This document shows, piece after piece, positions 32,066 to 43,665 of a DNA stretch of 64,000 bases; position 1 is the stretch's first letter, and each line of letters opens with the position of its first letter. Position numbers and translations under genes: made by a program. The stretch comes from Podarcis cretensis (lineage: Eukaryota): positions 33,356,001 through 33,420,000 of the forward strand of contig OX638150.1 of NCBI GenBank assembly GCA_951804945.1, in the 5' to 3' direction. The notes under the pieces are model-generated. The model was given only the letters and a program-made list of their open reading frames with translations, had not been told where the DNA came from and made no database searches.

Positions 32066-33590
32066 TGGGATGCGGAACAAGTGGTCCTCTAGAGATGTTG
32101 CTAGGCTACAACTCCCATCATCCCTGACCATAGGCAGTGCTGGCTGAGGTTGATGGAAGCTGGAGTCCAACAACAGCATCTCTTAAGTCCACAAGTTCAC
32201 CATTCCCATTATATGTGTTCATCAATGGATGGTTTTTTTCTGCGGGAGCACTGCCATGGCAGCAGGGAGGTTTTTGTGCATTTCCTACAAAGCCAGAAAG
32301 CTTTCCTTTGCCCTACTAGACCACTCAAGTGCAAACACCTACATATAAGAAAACAATCCCAGTAACCTTGCACAGACCTATAACGCCAAGATCTCAATCT
32401 ACAATTAACAATAATGCACCAACAGCTTGTCATGTTGCACCCAACGACTTTCTACAGCTTTCTTTTTCTTTTTTAACCCTGGTGCCTGCCTACAGCTTTG
32501 GTTTTTGTATGGACTTTTAGCAAGCTGGCTGGCTTCCCAAGGTAATGTAACCTGAGAGCTTGCCTTGCTGGCTGCTATGACCCTTCTGTCCTTTCTTCGG
32601 GCTGAAGCTTATCAAGAGTCGTTCCAAAACCCAGTTCCCTACAAGGAGGCTGATCAGCAAGCAAACAGACGGTGGCACCAGCAGGGACGGCTGCTTTGTT
32701 ACCCTAATAATGGGGGAAAGCACAATCACACTTTTGTGGCAATACAAACAACAGTCATCACCATTCCTTGCAGAGACACGGCCCCTTCAGGCACCATAGT
32801 TAACGCTGCCTCGAGAAAGACTGTTACAAGCAGCAATCATTGATCTCATGCTTTTAATTTGCCAAATGCTTCACAGAACTTATTGTCTTTGGCCCCACTC
32901 TGGTTCTAGCTGAGTGTGGGGAAAAGGTGGTTCCAGGTAAGGATACAGGTCTCCACATCCATTAGAAAGGCACATCCCGCCAATTCAGCCAACCAGCATT
33001 ATGGTGCAAGCAAAGATGTCTATGTCAGCCATTGTGTTCCAAATCTCACCCAAGAAACTGTCTGATCTCTGCCCCTGGCAACTCCTACGCAAACACAAAT
33101 AGTAGTTAAAAAGGGGAAAAACAAGATCCCAGTGCTAGCTGACCTAGATGTTCCTCCACCGAACAAAACCATCAGTCATCTCCTTTCTTTTGACTTGGGC
33201 TGTGACCATACCAGAATCACTGCCATTGGGGAAAAAACTGTCCTTGGTCATGTGTTCCTTAATGTATTGTTTCATTGTTGGCCCAGCACAGAATGTTTCA
33301 AGGAACTCGGTGAGCTTTTCACATTGCAACCCTGCATACTGTACGTAACTGGGGTTCCTTGTTCCTGGTGAATGTTGCTCTTTTCCCTATTTAGCAAGGT
33401 GTTGCAGGGGAAGATTTAGTGACTTTTTAAAATGACTCCAGAGTTGCGCACAGGTTTAAACAGGCCTTCTTTAAACATTGCTAAATACAATGTGGATATT
33501 TCTGCATTCCAAAATTACTACATTTGCATATGTAATTGCTTCCCATTCTGATTTAAATAATAATAATTGTGATGAACAAAGCAGGAATAA

Positions 33591-33976
33591 GGGACCCAGG
33601 AAAAACTAAGGCACTGCATAATATGTCCCGTGGGTTAAAGCCTCAGCGCCTAGGACTTGCCGATCGAAAGGTCGGCGGTTCGAATCCCTGCGGCGGGGTG
33701 CGCTCCCGCTGCTTGGTCCCAGCGCCTGCCAACCTAGCAGTTCGAAAGCACCTCTGGGTGCAAGTAGATAAATAGGGACCGCTTACCAGCGGGAAGGTAA
33801 ATGGCGTTTCCGTGTGTGGCTCTGGCTCGCCAGAGCAGCGATGTCACGCTGGCCACGTGACCCGGAAGTGTCTGCGGACAGCGCTGGCCCCTGGCCTCTT
33901 GAGTGAGATGGGCGCACAACCCCAGAGTCTGTCAAGACTGGCCCGTATGGGCAGGGGTACCTTTACCTTTACCTTT
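33591..33976 (+). mobile_element. Sauria SINE with a disrupted 5' head
   Basis: Body and (ACCTTT)3 tail intact; the A-box region is replaced by about 29 bp of unrelated sequence. Confidence 0.88.
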
Positions 33977-34910
33977 ATATTCAAGTGATGTACTGCTAAG
34001 CCTGCTATGTATTTTGAGATACAAATTCCCGTATTAAAAGAAACCCCAGAAGTAGAATACACAAATCAAGATGGGACATGAATACACAGTGATATTGGAT
34101 GCAAGTTTTGAATGGGAAGCAGAATTTTCCTGCCACTCTCCGAAACCTGAGCATTTGAGAGAGAGAGCAAGAGAGCGCGTTGAAAGGCACATCAAGTATG
34201 GGTTGGGTCTTGTTGACCCTAGTAAAGCTGTTTAACCCACAGCGCCACCCGCGTCCCTTAAGGGGATGCTTATGTTGCAATAAAGAAACGTGAGCACAAA
34301 GCTAATAATACAGTAAACTACAGGAACTAGACAATGCAGGAGGTGAATGTGCTATCCCACCTTACGGTTTTTCTTTACTGTCTATAATCCTGCACTCCCA
34401 ACCACCCCAACCTATTTTGTTTTCATGAAAACTCCTTCATCACACACAGCTGAGCTGTTTCAGCCTTTAACTACTGAGAAATGTCTACCCAATACAGGTG
34501 ATACAAAGGCAACAAGTCCAAACTAGTTACTTGTGGAGAAGCACAATGCAGTCATGTGCAAACTTTAAGCTCTCAGAATGCCCGTGCCTAACATGATCGC
34601 CCCTAGGCAGTCATTCTAGCATACTGCCAACTGGTAGACAGCTTGTAGCTAACTTGCCAGCTGGCAGCTAATTTGGGCTCATTATTGACTGGAAAGCACA
34701 GGTAGTGAAGGCAATGGTACTAAAAATGATGTGTTTCCTTGTCTGTTTTCTTACACTGGGGGGGGGGCAGGGTGTGGAACCCTTCAAATCCTTCACCAAC
34801 TAGGAAACAGTCTAGCTTTGTAGTAGGGACATTTGCTGGCAGGAACAAACCCTTGGCTTAACTCCAGGTGAAGCACACAGTAATAATGCAATTTAGTACA
34901 GGACTTCTCA

Positions 34911-35122
34911 AGGGTGTTCGCACACTGCGTTCAACAAGTGTACCATCTGTGTACACAAGCAGTTGAGCCTTGCACTCGTGCAATAACCTGCATGTAACAT
35001 TCAACCTATGTGTTCAATAGGTGAGCTGTACAGATCAACAAACATACACACTTTCACACAAACACATGTGCTTGTGTAGAGGCACCTTGTAGCTGTGTTC
35101 AGTGGGATGTGTGAACAAGCCT
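34911..35122. mobile_element. PIF/Harbinger-like MITE
   Basis: Imperfect TIR AGGGTGTTCGCAC / GTGTGAACAAGCCT with a 3-bp TCA duplication. Confidence 0.55.
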
Positions 35123-36117
35123 TCAGTCCACTCTTTATCAGTCCAGTGATCCAACCCACAATGCTACAGAGCCCTGACACCGATGTGAACACCATCGCAG
35201 GGCCCCTGGTGAGTTGTGGTGGGAACAGGTGATATGAAAACTATGAGATCAGTATGAGGATGGCCTGAGCCTTAATGCTCACCCCAAGGAATCTCCACTG
35301 GCACAGGGGCTGCAGAATGCTGGGGAGCCACAATAGAGTCAGCACCTATTCAGAATGGAGCTCTGCCAGTATAATGTACAAAACAGGGAGTGAACCAATC
35401 CCTAGATACAAGGCATAAGAGGTTAGCTGAGCTTTTAAGTAAAGAAAAAAACCTTACAGCGAACAGAATTCATCAGTATGTGTGTCGGCACAATTGTGTT
35501 TCCCAACAAATATAAATCAGCCCCCAAACTAAGTATCAGGGAAACGAAAGGAGGGCTTCTGGAGGTAAGAAAGGAGCAAAAGCGAGTCTACTCTAAGGAG
35601 GAAAAGGGGAAGGTGAGTGACTTTGGAGGGGGCGGGATAATAATAGAACACATCATGCTAAATGTGCATGTGTGAGTTTCATTTGTCATCCCCAGTATGA
35701 AAACAGAAATTGCTGTGTAGGAGAGAACAAAGGGTTATAGCTGCCATTAGGTATCACTGGCCTGTTTTCCAACTCTGCACCTAACAATTAAAACAATTAG
35801 AAGGATATGACTGCATCCTCATGATTATACTGTGGGGCGGCCTAGTCATTTTGCTGCATCACAGAATGGAAGGGTTAGCCATCCTTTTCCAGGTTAAAGG
35901 GATTAAGCCCTGATTGTTACTACAGCTCTTCCGATACTTTAGCCACACCCTCACACTGACCCACTGACCCACCACCCATTCTGTTTTTCCCTCCTTCTGG
36001 ATCCCTATTGGGGCAGGGACTGACTGACTGACTGGCCTGGAAGAAGGACAGCACTGTTACCCCAAAGGTGGACTCTTGCTTTAGAGGAATTAATTTTTGA
36101 GATATTATTTGTATTTG

Positions 36118-36118
<1 letters not shown>

Positions 36119-36151
<33 letters not shown>
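36119..36151. repeat. (TTG)n microsatellite
   Basis: Read directly from the sequence. Confidence 0.9.
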
Positions 36152-36152
<1 letters not shown>

Positions 36153-36774
36153 GGGAATGGACTGGTTATGTCGCCTATCAATTAAGCCCCCCTCTAGTAA
36201 GTTTAGAGTTGTTATCACAAAGACCAACACAAGTGTCTCCCCCACTGGAGGTTAATAAGAAGGGGAAGGGGGATAAAGTAAGAAAAGGTCCCACATGCTG
36301 AAACCAACTATTGGCCTGAGAATATCCCTGAGGTCCCCAACGTAGCACTCGTGGGCCCCATGGTGCCTTTTGACACCTCCCCATAGTCATTAATTTTGGG
36401 GAGGTGTTCTTGTTTTTTTGCCAGTTCCCCCACCTTGAGCACTGCCAGCTGTGAAACTGATACTTTGTAGCACCCCTAGCATGTTCAATTGCTCAAAATT
36501 TGGGGACTTGGTAGAACTTCTCCCTCATCTTCCCATAATCCCACCTGCATTGCACAGACTGAAGGTGGTGGTACTCAGGGAAGTTAACATGAGAGTGAGA
36601 CAGGAGTCCATGTGGTGTAGCAACCAGCCCTTACATGACTAAGGAGACTCTGCTGTTAAACTAGTGTCTGAACTAGCTGTCCGTGTCACCATATTTTAGC
36701 CTGACCCACCCTGCGGGGTTGTTGTGAGGGTGAAAAAAGGAACGAGCCCCCATTTACACATCCTTGAACCTCTT

Positions 36775-38780
36775 GCACTTCCTGGTGCAACTGGACTTCT
36801 CCGCGACCCTTCCCCTCTGCAGGGAGGTGGGACCAATTCGGATGGTCCGCCCCCGCCACTTAATGGATCCAAATGGTTTCCAGAGAGTGGTAGGGGATGC
36901 TTTATCCCATGTTGATGGCCTTTCAGCTGATTCCCTGGTGGCCCGCTGGAATGCGGAGTTAACCAGGGCTATCGACTGTCTGGCTCCGAAGCGCCCTCTC
37001 CGATTGCATGGAGCCCGGACAGCTCCGTGGTTTTCTTCGGAGCTGAGGGCGATGAAACAATCGCTGAGACGGCTAGAGCGTCGGTGGCAAAAAACTCACT
37101 CCGAATCTGACCGGACACAGGTTAGAGCTCAACATCGAGCCTACCAAGTGGCGATAGCGACGGCGAAGAAGACTTTCTTCACCACCTCTATTGCATCTGC
37201 AGAAAATAGTAGCAGGAGACTCTTTCAGGTGGTTCGTAATTTAACGGAACCACCTTTACCACCGGGGCCTTGTAAAGACCCCAAGATCTCCTGCAACGAT
37301 TTTGCAAAGTTTTTTGCAGATAAAATCACTCATATTCGGAAGGAGCTAGACACCACCGTGGGAGCAGTGCCGGGGCGGGAGAGTGCTAGAGCTCTGTCTG
37401 GTCAAGTTGCATGGAATAAATTTCAATCCGTTACCCCCGAGGATGTGGACAGGCTGCTTGGACGCGTGAAACCAACCACCTGTCTCCTGGATCCTTGCCC
37501 ATCCTGGCTAATAAAAGCAAGCCGGGAAGGGCTGGGCGATGGGCTCTGCGGGGTGGTGAATGCTTCCCTCTGTGAGGGAACATTCCCAGATCCGCTGAAA
37601 GAGGCGGTCATTAAACCGCTTCTTAAAAAAACATCTTTAGACCCGGCCAGTATGGCCAACTATCGCCCAGTCTCAAATCTTCCTTTCTTGGGCAAGGTGA
37701 TTGAGCGCGTGGTTGCTGAACAACTCCAGGCACGCCTGGAGGATGCGGACCATTTGGATCCCTTCCAATCGGGATTCAGGCCTCATCATGGGACTGAAAC
37801 TGCCTTGGTCGCGCTGGTTGATGATCTCCGGCGAGCTAGGGACAAAGGTGAGAGTTGTTTCCTAGTTCTGCTGGATCTCTCAGCGGCCTTTGATACAATC
37901 AACCATAACATCCTTCTGGACCGTCTAGAGGGGCTGGGAGCTGGGGGCACTGTTATACAGTGGTTTCGCTCCTTCCTCCTGGGCCGTGTTCAGAAAGTGA
38001 TGGTGTGGAGGACTCCCTGGTCCTGAATAGGGTAACTGTGCCCCTGAAGGACCAGGTGCGCAGCCTGGGAGTCATTTTGGACTCACAGCTGTCCATGGAG
38101 GCGCAGGTCAATTCTGTATCCAGGGCAGCTGTCTACCAACTCCACCTGGTACGCAGGCTGAGACCCTACCTGCCTGCGGACTGTCTCGCCAGAGTGGTGC
38201 ATGCTCTAGTTATCTCCCGCTTGGACTACTGCAATGCGCTCTACGTGGGGCTACCTTTGAAGGTGACTCGGAAACTACAACTAATCCAGAATGTGGCAGC
38301 TAGACTGGTGACTGGGGGCGGCCGCCGAGACCACATAACACCGGTCTTGAAAGACCTACATTGGCTCCCAGTACATTTCCGAGCACAATTCCGAGCACCT
38401 TTAAAGCCCTAAACGGCCTCGGCCCAGTATACCTGAAGGAGCGTCTCCACCTTCATCGTTCTGCCCGGACGCTGAGGTCCAGTGCCGAGGGCCTTCTGGC
38501 GGTTCCCTCATTGCGAGAAGCAAAGCTACAGGGAACCAGGCAGAGGGCCTTCTCGGTCGTGGCGCCTGCCCTGTGGAACGCCCTCCCATCAGATGTCAAA
38601 GCAATAAATAACTACCTGACATTCAGAAGACATCTTAAGGCAGCCCTGTTCAGGGAAGTTTTTAATCTGTGATATTTTAGTGTATTTTTGGTTTTTATGG
38701 AAGCCGCCCAGAGTGGCTGGGGAGACCCAGCCAGATGAGCGGGGTACAAATAATAAATTATTATTATTATTATTATTATT
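36775..38780 (+). mobile_element. 5'-truncated, internally deleted L2 LINE (ORF2 RT fragment, 3' UTR, (TTA)n tail)
   Basis: ORFs 36764-38026, 37960-38412 and 38361-38672 carry NYRPVSNLPFLGK, QSGFR..HGTETAL, LDLSAAFD, SRLDYCN and LHWLPV. PQG and YADD motifs are deleted near 38003. Confidence 0.93.
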
Positions 38781-40730
38781 AGAGGAATTGCGAAAGACAA
38801 TACATTGCCATCTTTGAATTTCATCTCCATTACTCATCAAGGAACACACAGTAGCAAGCCCCAAGGTCTCCTTAGCTAGAAAGGTAGGAGACTGTTTAGT
38901 TGGCACTTCCGTGAAGTGCACAAATGGAGTCTGGTGTATCCAAGCATAAAAGGGCACACTGCAGGCATGATTCAGTGAGACTTAAAGATCCTTACTTTCA
39001 GGAGCAGAGGAAGAACATTACTCTGCATGACAGAGGATGGCCCAGGTAGGTGAGAATGCTGTCACTTCCACTTGGCTGTGCAAGTTTGTTAAGGACGCAA
39101 ATAGCCTTCCCTTCCTCCCCTGCCTGGCTTCTTCACAGTGGTGGAAATTCTGAGAGCTGAGATTCCGAGAGTTCTCTTGCTCCAGACCAGACACCCTTCG
39201 CCCTCGGAAATCTCACACCTTTAAGGGATGCTTCCCATTTTGCATTTCCAATCTCACATAATAGTTGGAAGCAGCTCTGCACAGGTCCAGAATATGTGAA
39301 ACTGGACAAAACATTGTAGGTATTAAATTTACAGCACTTGCAGTCTCCATACTTTATTATAGTCATGTGTGGTGCAGGGTGACCACCAGTAAATATATAT
39401 ATATCGACAAACACCACCAAAACAAAAGGACATGGAATTAGATAAAATTGGATGCAGTGAGTTATATGCATTGATAGAAATTTAGAAACAATTACTGTAA
39501 GAGTTCAATAGATATATAATGGGAGGAATTCATCTTAGAGCTAAGGAGACTGCTCTGTCAGTGCAAACATTTTCTGCTTGCCTGATGGAACGATCTGCCC
39601 TCTCCTCCCCGCATGTGGGGTTCTCCTGATTCCCCTGCCAAACCAATTTGTGGGGGGGGGGAGCCACATTGCACTAGCAGAAGTCAATGTGCGGCCTTGC
39701 ACTGGCAAGACTTGCCAGCTGAATCCAGCTCCACGCATCTCACATATCAGGGAAGACTATGGCCGGGTGACCTGGGTACCTATTGAGTTTACTGCCCAGG
39801 TGTTCACAGTTGATGGACAGTGCCTAACCCCCTGGTCTCCCTTTTTGTTGTTCCTCGTCTTTAAACATTCTTGGACCAGACCTCAAACAGAGGGATCCTT
39901 CAAGTAAAGGACTATCCTCTAACAGCCTTTCAAATAGAGGATGCAAAGTAGGACTCATGACCATCCTAGAGAGGTGGTTCTCAAGAGTAAATATTTTCTG
40001 ACTGTTCCTGAACGCCATAGGAAACAAAGGGGTTCAATGGGGCTAATCTATTGGGGCAAATGGGACATTGTACCAACAAACTCAGTCTGCCCACAAAAAG
40101 CCACCATCTGCCTGCCTTCTTAAAACCAGTTCAGCGGGTTGGCGCTGGCTACCAGCTTCCTCTCAGTGTTGCCCTTGTAGAACTTAGCAGGGAGAAAGAC
40201 GGAGACAGAACTAGAATCACTTTGCTGCTGTGGCAAAAAGAAATATATTGGGCAAGAGTGAAGAAAGCAGCCGTTCAGGGCTCCTGTTCAGGAACAAATT
40301 ATAATTTGCACCACACACTTTGAGGGTCTCTTGGTCAATCTTCTATTCAGTCCAGTGAATTTGGCTGATCCACAGTGATGGGCAGTGAGCACTCCTTTCA
40401 TTCAGTGAACTTTGTAGGGGGTCTTTACCCCCAAACACAAACCCACCCTTTAGGACACTTCATTTCATTGTGCTCAGTGCTCATAAAGCAACCCTGATAA
40501 ACAAGCTCTCTCCCACTCTAGTTCAGTTTCTTTGCCCTCCAATTCTTTAATTTCCGAATCTCATCTCTGAGATGGCGCTCCTGCTCAGCAAATGAATTGA
40601 TAAGCTGTCTCTTAAGGCTTGGGTTCCATTTTCCTCAGTGAAGCTCATGGATAATTGGGCAAATCATTCACCAAATTAGAGTAGGTCCAAAAGACCTGTG
40701 GAACTCTTCTATGGGAACAGAAGGACTATA

Positions 40731-40961
40731 CAGTGGTACCTCGGGTTACATACGCTTCAGGTTAAATATGCTTCAGGTTACAGACTCCGCTAACCCAGAA
40801 ATAGTATCTCGGGTTAAGAACTTTGCTTCAGGGTGAGAACAGAAATTGCGTGGCAGCAGCGGGAGGCTCCATTAGCTAAAGTGGTGCTTCAGGTTAAGAA
40901 CAGTTTCAGGTTAAGATCGGACCTCCGGAACGAAGTAAGTACTTAACCCGAGGCACCACTG
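40731..40961. mobile_element. Tigger/pogo-like MITE
   Basis: Same TIRs as 29207-29437 in the opposite orientation; TA TSD. Confidence 0.87.
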
Positions 40962-43064
40962 TATTGGGATGGGGGGTTGCCTTCAAAAGTTATCTCTCAG
41001 AAATTCTAGGAATCCTGTTCCCAGAATGCCATGCTGACACAGGAGCTGTTCCCCAGCCTTTCAACTAGCTATGCTGACAGAGAGAAGTGATGTTGACATT
41101 GACCGATTTCTCCTAGAGCTTCTCTTAGCTATCAAGCCATTCCCCTAAGTAAGCAAACAATGGCCATATATCCATCAAGCCCAGGGAGCAATATATTATT
41201 ATTAAAATGAAATGCAGTAGATGGTGGTCTGTTCTCGATTACTCTGTGAGATGGCTTCATTTAAAATAATGTAGATTCAGATTAAAGGCTTGTGCCAAGT
41301 TTCCCATGAAGATACTTCTCAGGGCCGACATCCAAAATCCATGTTGAGTTATTGTTACATCTTAGCATGGCTAAGATGAAGATTATTGTTACAAGAAGAA
41401 TATCCATGGACATTTTTGCCCACGAAGCAATACATTCAAAGTGTGCCCAATGGAGAAGTGATAATTAGGCTCCCTAAGAGACTAGGATGTGAGCTGGCTT
41501 TAGCAACGTGTGTGGTAAAGACACACTGTGTATACTGTGTATAGCTTATGTGCTTTTTCAAGGAAACAGGTCTTCACAAGAATATGCTGGTGAGATACTT
41601 TCATTCAAAGCTTGAGAGAAGCATGTAAGCTGTTAAGTGTGGGATCCCAGCCCCTTCAGCCAACTTTTCAAGACTAAGGCAGTCTTTCCCTTGCCACCTT
41701 CATGCTTCTCCAATGTCACTACTCGTGTCACTTGACATAAGAAAGGCCCTCAGAGCTAATCTTGTGTTTGGTGCATGTAAACAAATGCTTGGGCTACCTC
41801 GAAAGGGAGAAGCAGATCAGCTGATAGGAAGGCTGCTCGTGGAAAGCGTACAAAGGGACTAGGTCGCTGGACTGCAACGGTGAAAGTCATTTTAAATTAA
41901 GCAAAACCAAAAGAGCAGATTCAGAGCTTAAGAAGCACCACCAGTCAAAATGGCAGATCGCTTCTCTGTCAGTGCTTCTTTCTAACGTCCAAAGGAGAAC
42001 TTGCTCAGATGAATTGCAGAGGCAAGAGGAGTGGGCATTAGGAGAAGCTCTGGAAACCGAATGTGAAAATGCAACATTTGATTTAGCTGCAAGGTGGTGA
42101 GTGAAGTCCTTCGTTGAACCTCCATATTGCAGAGCGCAAAACACAATGAAAAGGAAGTGTGTATTCCCTTTCCCTGTGAAGTATCCAGAAGTGCTATGTA
42201 GGAGGCACTCCTGCAGCAGCTAAATGCTACATTGAGCCTCAACCAGTATCCAAAAGACCTACATAGTTCATAGTGGGCTATGTTCTGTCCCTGCCATTTA
42301 CAGTGCCTAAGAGAAATAGCTGGCTGTTGATAGCTGCCATGAAAAAAACAGCAGGCACAGTTAACAACATTGAAAGCCTAAGTGAGAGATTCCTACATAT
42401 AAGATCACTGCTGCAATCCATGAAGCACTGACCCATTGTAATAGCCATTCCTTTCCGTGTCAGGTGCATTGCTCCCAGACCACACAAAGCTCCAAAATGC
42501 AGTACAAGCTACACAAAATTACTCCAACTGAGATTGACTTAACTCTCAAAACAAGGGCACATAGGATTGGAGTCCTAGTCCTTTTAATTTCATTAAATAT
42601 GAGCCTTAAAGGACCTTCATCATGAAGAAGGGAAGATGGAAGGTACAGGCTGCCGCTTCGTCTATAATAGCTTTATCTTCCTGATTTAAAGCACACTCGA
42701 GTCTACCGTCAAAAGGTGAATATGTGCCCGCAGTATAAGAATGCTAAATCAACAAAGCAATAAATACCCATCATGATGTCCTGAGCTGATGAGGCTTACA
42801 TGGAGCAGCCAATAAGAGATGAGAGCCGCACTTACAGCAGTGGGAAGCATCCACAAATCTCTAACATGACTTTCTTACTGGTAGTTTTTCACTGATTTAG
42901 AGGATGGGGACATGTGGCCCTGGAGATATTGTTGAGCTCTAACCATCATCAGCCCCAGCCAACTGGTCAGTGATGGTGCATGTTGGGAGTCCAGACCCAG
43001 CTACTTCACCCCTTATTTAAACCCCTGGTTTAAAACAGGACCTAGAAGGAAGCTGAAACATTAC

Positions 43065-43183
43065 CTTCTCTGCCTCTTCTCGACTCATGGCCAGGGCAAG
43101 TTGGAGCTGGAGCTCCTCCTCTCCAGTCGTCTGTGGCCTTGCCTGCTCCAGGTCAGAATTGAACCGAGGGGATGAGGAAGAGG
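43065..43183 (-). CDS. EPN3: EPN3 coding exon 2 (UIM1: SSSSPRFNSDLEQARPQTTGEEELQLQLALAMSREEAEK)
   Basis: Epsin UIM motif; AG/GT boundaries; 119 bp, phase 1 to 0. Confidence 0.95.
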
Positions 43184-43509
43184 CTGAGGGACAAGAAAGA
43201 GATGAATTAATGCTGCAAATGGGATGGAGCCCAGCTGGGGGCTGCTGAACATGGTCCATAGCCATTCCAGAATCTGACATTTGCCTGGGTTTTGCAACAA
43301 ATGGCCTTTCCCATTCTACCCCCTTCCCCTCCTTTTGCAGGTTAAGTTCATGATTTTAGACTGCAGGTCCAAGTTATTAAACTGCTGGTCCAGGGGAAAG
43401 GTTATACCTCATTAATGGAACATCTGTAATGCACACACAGAAGGGTCCAGGTTCAGTCCGTGGCATCTCCAGGTAGGGGTGGGAGAGACACCCTGTCTGA
43501 AACCCTGGT

Positions 43510-43665
43510 GACTGGATAGCTCAGTGGGTTAGAGCATGGTGCCAATAATGCCAAGGTTGCAGGTTTGATCCCTGTATGGGACGGCTGCATATTCTTGCAT
43601 TACAGGGGGTTGGACTAGATGTTCCTGAGGGTCCCTTCCAACTCTACACTTCTACAGTTCTATGA
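43510..43665 (+). mobile_element. tRNA-Ile-derived SINE with a CR1-type tail, nested in an older SINE (about 43400-43735)
   Basis: Head resembles tRNA-Ile(AAT) (TAGCTCAGT.GGTTAGAGC.TGGTGC.AATAA.GCCAAGGT); tail GGGGTTGGACTAGATG...CCCTTCCAAC...TTCTATGA. Confidence 0.78.

Noticed and set aside
39780-40030. Minus-strand 67-aa ORF in the large EPN3 intron as a nested gene or exon
   Set aside because: No recognisable homology or convincing exon chain.
43510-43585. Possible tRNA-Ile gene (also 53172-53245)
   Set aside because: Stems are mutated, there is no poly-T terminator, and it is fused to a CR1-type tail, so it is a SINE head.
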